Position numbers and translations under genes: made by a program
Shown here: one piece after another, positions 61,613 through 64,000 of the stretch
Layout: every line of letters begins with the position of its first letter
Numbering within the stretch: the first letter of the stretch is position 1
The notes under the pieces: generated by a model
The model's database searches: none
What the model saw: only the letters and a program-made list of their open reading frames with translations
Told to the model about the DNA's origin: nothing
Source of the DNA: Gemmatimonadales bacterium
Lineage (GTDB): Bacteria > Gemmatimonadota > Gemmatimonadetes > Gemmatimonadales > GWC2-71-9
DNA: 64,000 bases
Direction: 5' to 3'
NCBI GenBank assembly: GCA_037189525.1
Contig: JBBCJC010000005.1
Coordinates: 672,001-736,000, forward strand

Positions 61613-61910
61613 TGCTCTACCCTCAAGTTATAAGATTATTAGACTGTGTATTGCTGACCTCGCCTGACAATCCAGTGAACCCGACGACCCTTTCGTACCG
61701 CCAGTCGCCATCATGTGTATGTTTAGCGTACCGAAGCGTACCAATTAGGAGAGGACGCTTACACGGCTAGCGCCAACCAAGACACCGAACACAGTACCCC
61801 CTAATCGGACACCGCTGAGCCTACTGCGATCCGTCGTACGTACTTGCGTACCTTAAGAAGTAATCTTAGAATTGCGAAATCGACTAACCTGAGAATGGAA
61901 CTTACCCGCC

Positions 61911-63881
61911 ATGTTAGTGCTGTCAAGTAGTGAGGCAACCTGGGCATTGCCAGCCGCGCTAGACATTGCGCACCGTATTGGTTCGCAGGCGATTTGGGAC
62001 TCTACCTCAAAATCATGTACGTGGAATATTCGTTCGGTTGATTGGAAGCGGCCGTCATCAAGAGTCAGCGTAGTCTCGCCCGCAGGCATCGACTTATACC
62101 AGGGCGTATCTGGAATAGTCGTATTCCTCGCCGCTGCCTACCCCTACGCCCCTTCTGCACATATGCTCCGAGTAATTCGTGGTGCATGCAGATTTCTCTC
62201 GACAGGGGCCCAATCTCTTCCACCGGGCGCGTGCAGCTTTTTCGTTGGGAGAGTAGGAGTTGCTTGGGCACTCCTGTCGGCTGGTAGGTCACTCGGCGAT
62301 GAGAGGTGGAACGCGCCTGCGAAGAAAATTCTAGAGTCATTGGCCGGCCACGAGAAAAGTGACACAGCACTTGATGTTGTTGGGGGCGCTGCCGGCGCTA
62401 TTCCGCCACTGATTCGCATGGGACAAGATCTCCGAAGCGACCGCCTACAGGATACAGCATTACGCTATGCCGACCGGTTAATATCCACAGCAAGACGGGG
62501 ACCTTCTGGATGGTCAATCCCTTCAACGAGAATCTCGCACGTTCGTGACCTTACTGGACTTGCCCACGGCGCCGCCGGAATGACACGTGCTCTCCTTGAA
62601 GCCTATCTCCTGTCAGGACGCACCAAGTACCTTTACGGATCCGAGGAGAGCGCTGCGTTCGAGAATAGCTACTATAGTGACCACGAACAGAATTGGTTCG
62701 ATTTCCGCCATGACTCTCTCGGAGAGCTCGAAGCCGAAGGGCGCCTCAGCCAGCTCCGAACGAATCCTTCTCTTCGGAGTGCCATTCAGCCATACAGAGG
62801 GCGTTTCATGGCCGCATGGTGTCACGGAGCGCCTGGAATCTTGATGGTTCGCCTTCGTACGGCACAAGTTCAGAATACGTCAACGGCTATTGCTGCCGCT
62901 TGGAGGGCAGTCCCTGCAACTCTCAGATCCGTTGAACGGATTACCTCGGGATTCAGTCTCTGTCACGGGGTTTGTGGAAATGCTGACGCCCTAATTTTTT
63001 CGGCCGAAGTCCTTTCAGCGCCTGAAGTCCGTCAAAAGGCAATGAACGCACTCCTCCACGGCGTCAAGGAGTACGTTGGTACCGGACGGTCATGGCCCTG
63101 CGGCACGGTTGACGGATTGGTTGACCCGAGCCTAATGCTAGGTGAGGCGGGAATAGGGCTTTCTCTGCTACGAGCCGTGGACCGTAACCTCGAATCGCCG
63201 CTTTTGCCATCAGGGGTTAATGTCGTCAAACCCCATTCATCCATGGCAGTCGATGACGACCTATTAGCCGAAGATCGGAGCCTTTTCTTTAGTCAAAGCC
63301 TGATGCAATCACCTGACCTGATTGCAACGGCCAATCGGTTGCGAGACCCGGCGTCGGGCATTAGCGCTGCCCGCTCGTTACTCTTGGCAGTACACGAAAG
63401 TGTACCGCCGACTGATGCACATGTAGCTTACGTTCGGTCGACAGAAATTGCGCGGTATGAAGTTGCACGAGACCATAGCCGTGTTGCTATTTTTCTCAGC
63501 TCGGTTGATCAACCTCCCGATATCGATTGGCTCTCGGCTCGTATCGTTTTCGCAGAAACGACTAAAGTTATTCCCTCCCCTGAGTCTGATAGTCATCAAG
63601 CCCCACCAGAGGATGGAACGCTAATCTTTGCCGACCTAAACCAGATATATGTACGCCCGATCGGTCGCTTTCCCCTGCTTGTACTTCAGGCTATTGAGGG
63701 ACACGATGGACTAGCAGATATCTGTTCATTCGTGGCGTCAAATCTTCCGAACGGGGATCCGAGCGACCCACGCCTTGTACAGAAAGTCATAGATCAGTTG
63801 ATGTCTTTTCATAGGGCGGCGATTGTTTCGTGCGCTCCACTTATGACTCGACTTGATCGCAGCAACGCGCAGTTCCCTTGA
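61911..63881 (+). CDS. lanC: LanC-type lanthionine cyclase with ~200-aa C-terminal extension
   Basis: 'LYQGVSG', 'DVVGGAAG', 'GLAHGAAG', 'WCHGAPG', 'LCHGVCG', 'LMLGEAG'. Confidence 0.9.
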   Translation: MLVLSSSEATWALPAALDIAHRIGSQAIWDSTSKSCTWNIRSVDWKRPSSRVSVVSPAGIDLYQGVSGIVVFLAAAYPYAPSAHMLRVIRGACRFLSTGAQSLPPGACSFFVGRVGVAWALLSAGRSLGDERWNAPAKKILESLAGHEKSDTALDVVGGAAGAIPPLIRMGQDLRSDRLQDTALRYADRLISTARRGPSGWSIPSTRISHVRDLTGLAHGAAGMTRALLEAYLLSGRTKYLYGSEESAAFENSYYSDHEQNWFDFRHDSLGELEAEGRLSQLRTNPSLRSAIQPYRGRFMAAWCHGAPGILMVRLRTAQVQNTSTAIAAAWRAVPATLRSVERITSGFSLCHGVCGNADALIFSAEVLSAPEVRQKAMNALLHGVKEYVGTGRSWPCGTVDGLVDPSLMLGEAGIGLSLLRAVDRNLESPLLPSGVNVVKPHSSMAVDDDLLAEDRSLFFSQSLMQSPDLIATANRLRDPASGISAARSLLLAVHESVPPTDAHVAYVRSTEIARYEVARDHSRVAIFLSSVDQPPDIDWLSARIVFAETTKVIPSPESDSHQAPPEDGTLIFADLNQIYVRPIGRFPLLVLQAIEGHDGLADICSFVASNLPNGDPSDPRLVQKVIDQLMSFHRAAIVSCAPLMTRLDRSNAQFP

Positions 63882-64000
63882 GGAATGACGCAGCCTGATC
63901 CACGTTTGCGGTGTTCCGTCACCTTAAGGGGCTAAGATTATCCAATGACGTCGGCCACAGTCGATCCGTGTTCCGACGCGGGCGCGGAAGGATGCCTAGC

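Larger units (their letters stand above)
53400..64000. other. Lower-GC island carrying a class I lanthipeptide biosynthetic cluster (runs to the window edge)
   Basis: Sampled lines are ~53-58% GC versus up to ~75% in a sampled host gene; many A/T-ending codons; shadow ORFs become much shorter. Confidence 0.85.

Noticed and set aside
63885..64000. Possible gene after lanC
   Set aside because: The ATG at 63885 closes after 16 codons, and the remaining sequence is too short to call.

Overview
High-GC (roughly 65-70% by eye) bacterial chromosomal window. Gene content suggests Gemmatimonadota: many secreted amidohydrolases and serine hydrolases, a carboxypeptidase-regulatory/plug-domain protein, an Ig+RCC1 lipoprotein and a pinensin-type leader. 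That assignment is inference, not a database result. Bases 1-53.4 kb are mostly housekeeping and catabolic genes (acylase, amidohydrolases, aminotransferase, galE, TetR-RND efflux operon, five tRNAs, ECF/anti-sigma pair, icd, two rhodaneses with SufE, serC, actP). Four things stand out. (1) From ~53.4 kb to the window end, a lower-GC (mid-50s%) island encodes a class I lanthipeptide cluster: split LanB, LanC with a long C-terminal extension, C39-less ABC exporter, HlyD, a minimal cytoplasmic S8 protease, and a 113-aa precursor with 16 Cys. (2) At 19.5-22.7 kb lies an uncharacterised signalling cassette (small CPPxC protein, multi-TM protein, sensor-less HisKA_3 kinase, NarL regulator), with a 30-bp near-identical motif upstream of both the cassette and a neighbouring Zn-ribbon-like gene. 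This resembles an autoinducing circuit. (3) A divergent higA/higB pair has two TAAC-N7-GTTA boxes and a frameshifted toxin C-terminus. (4) A DUF1015-like gene apparently starts at an ATT codon. No CRISPR array, rRNA, integrase or transposase was seen.
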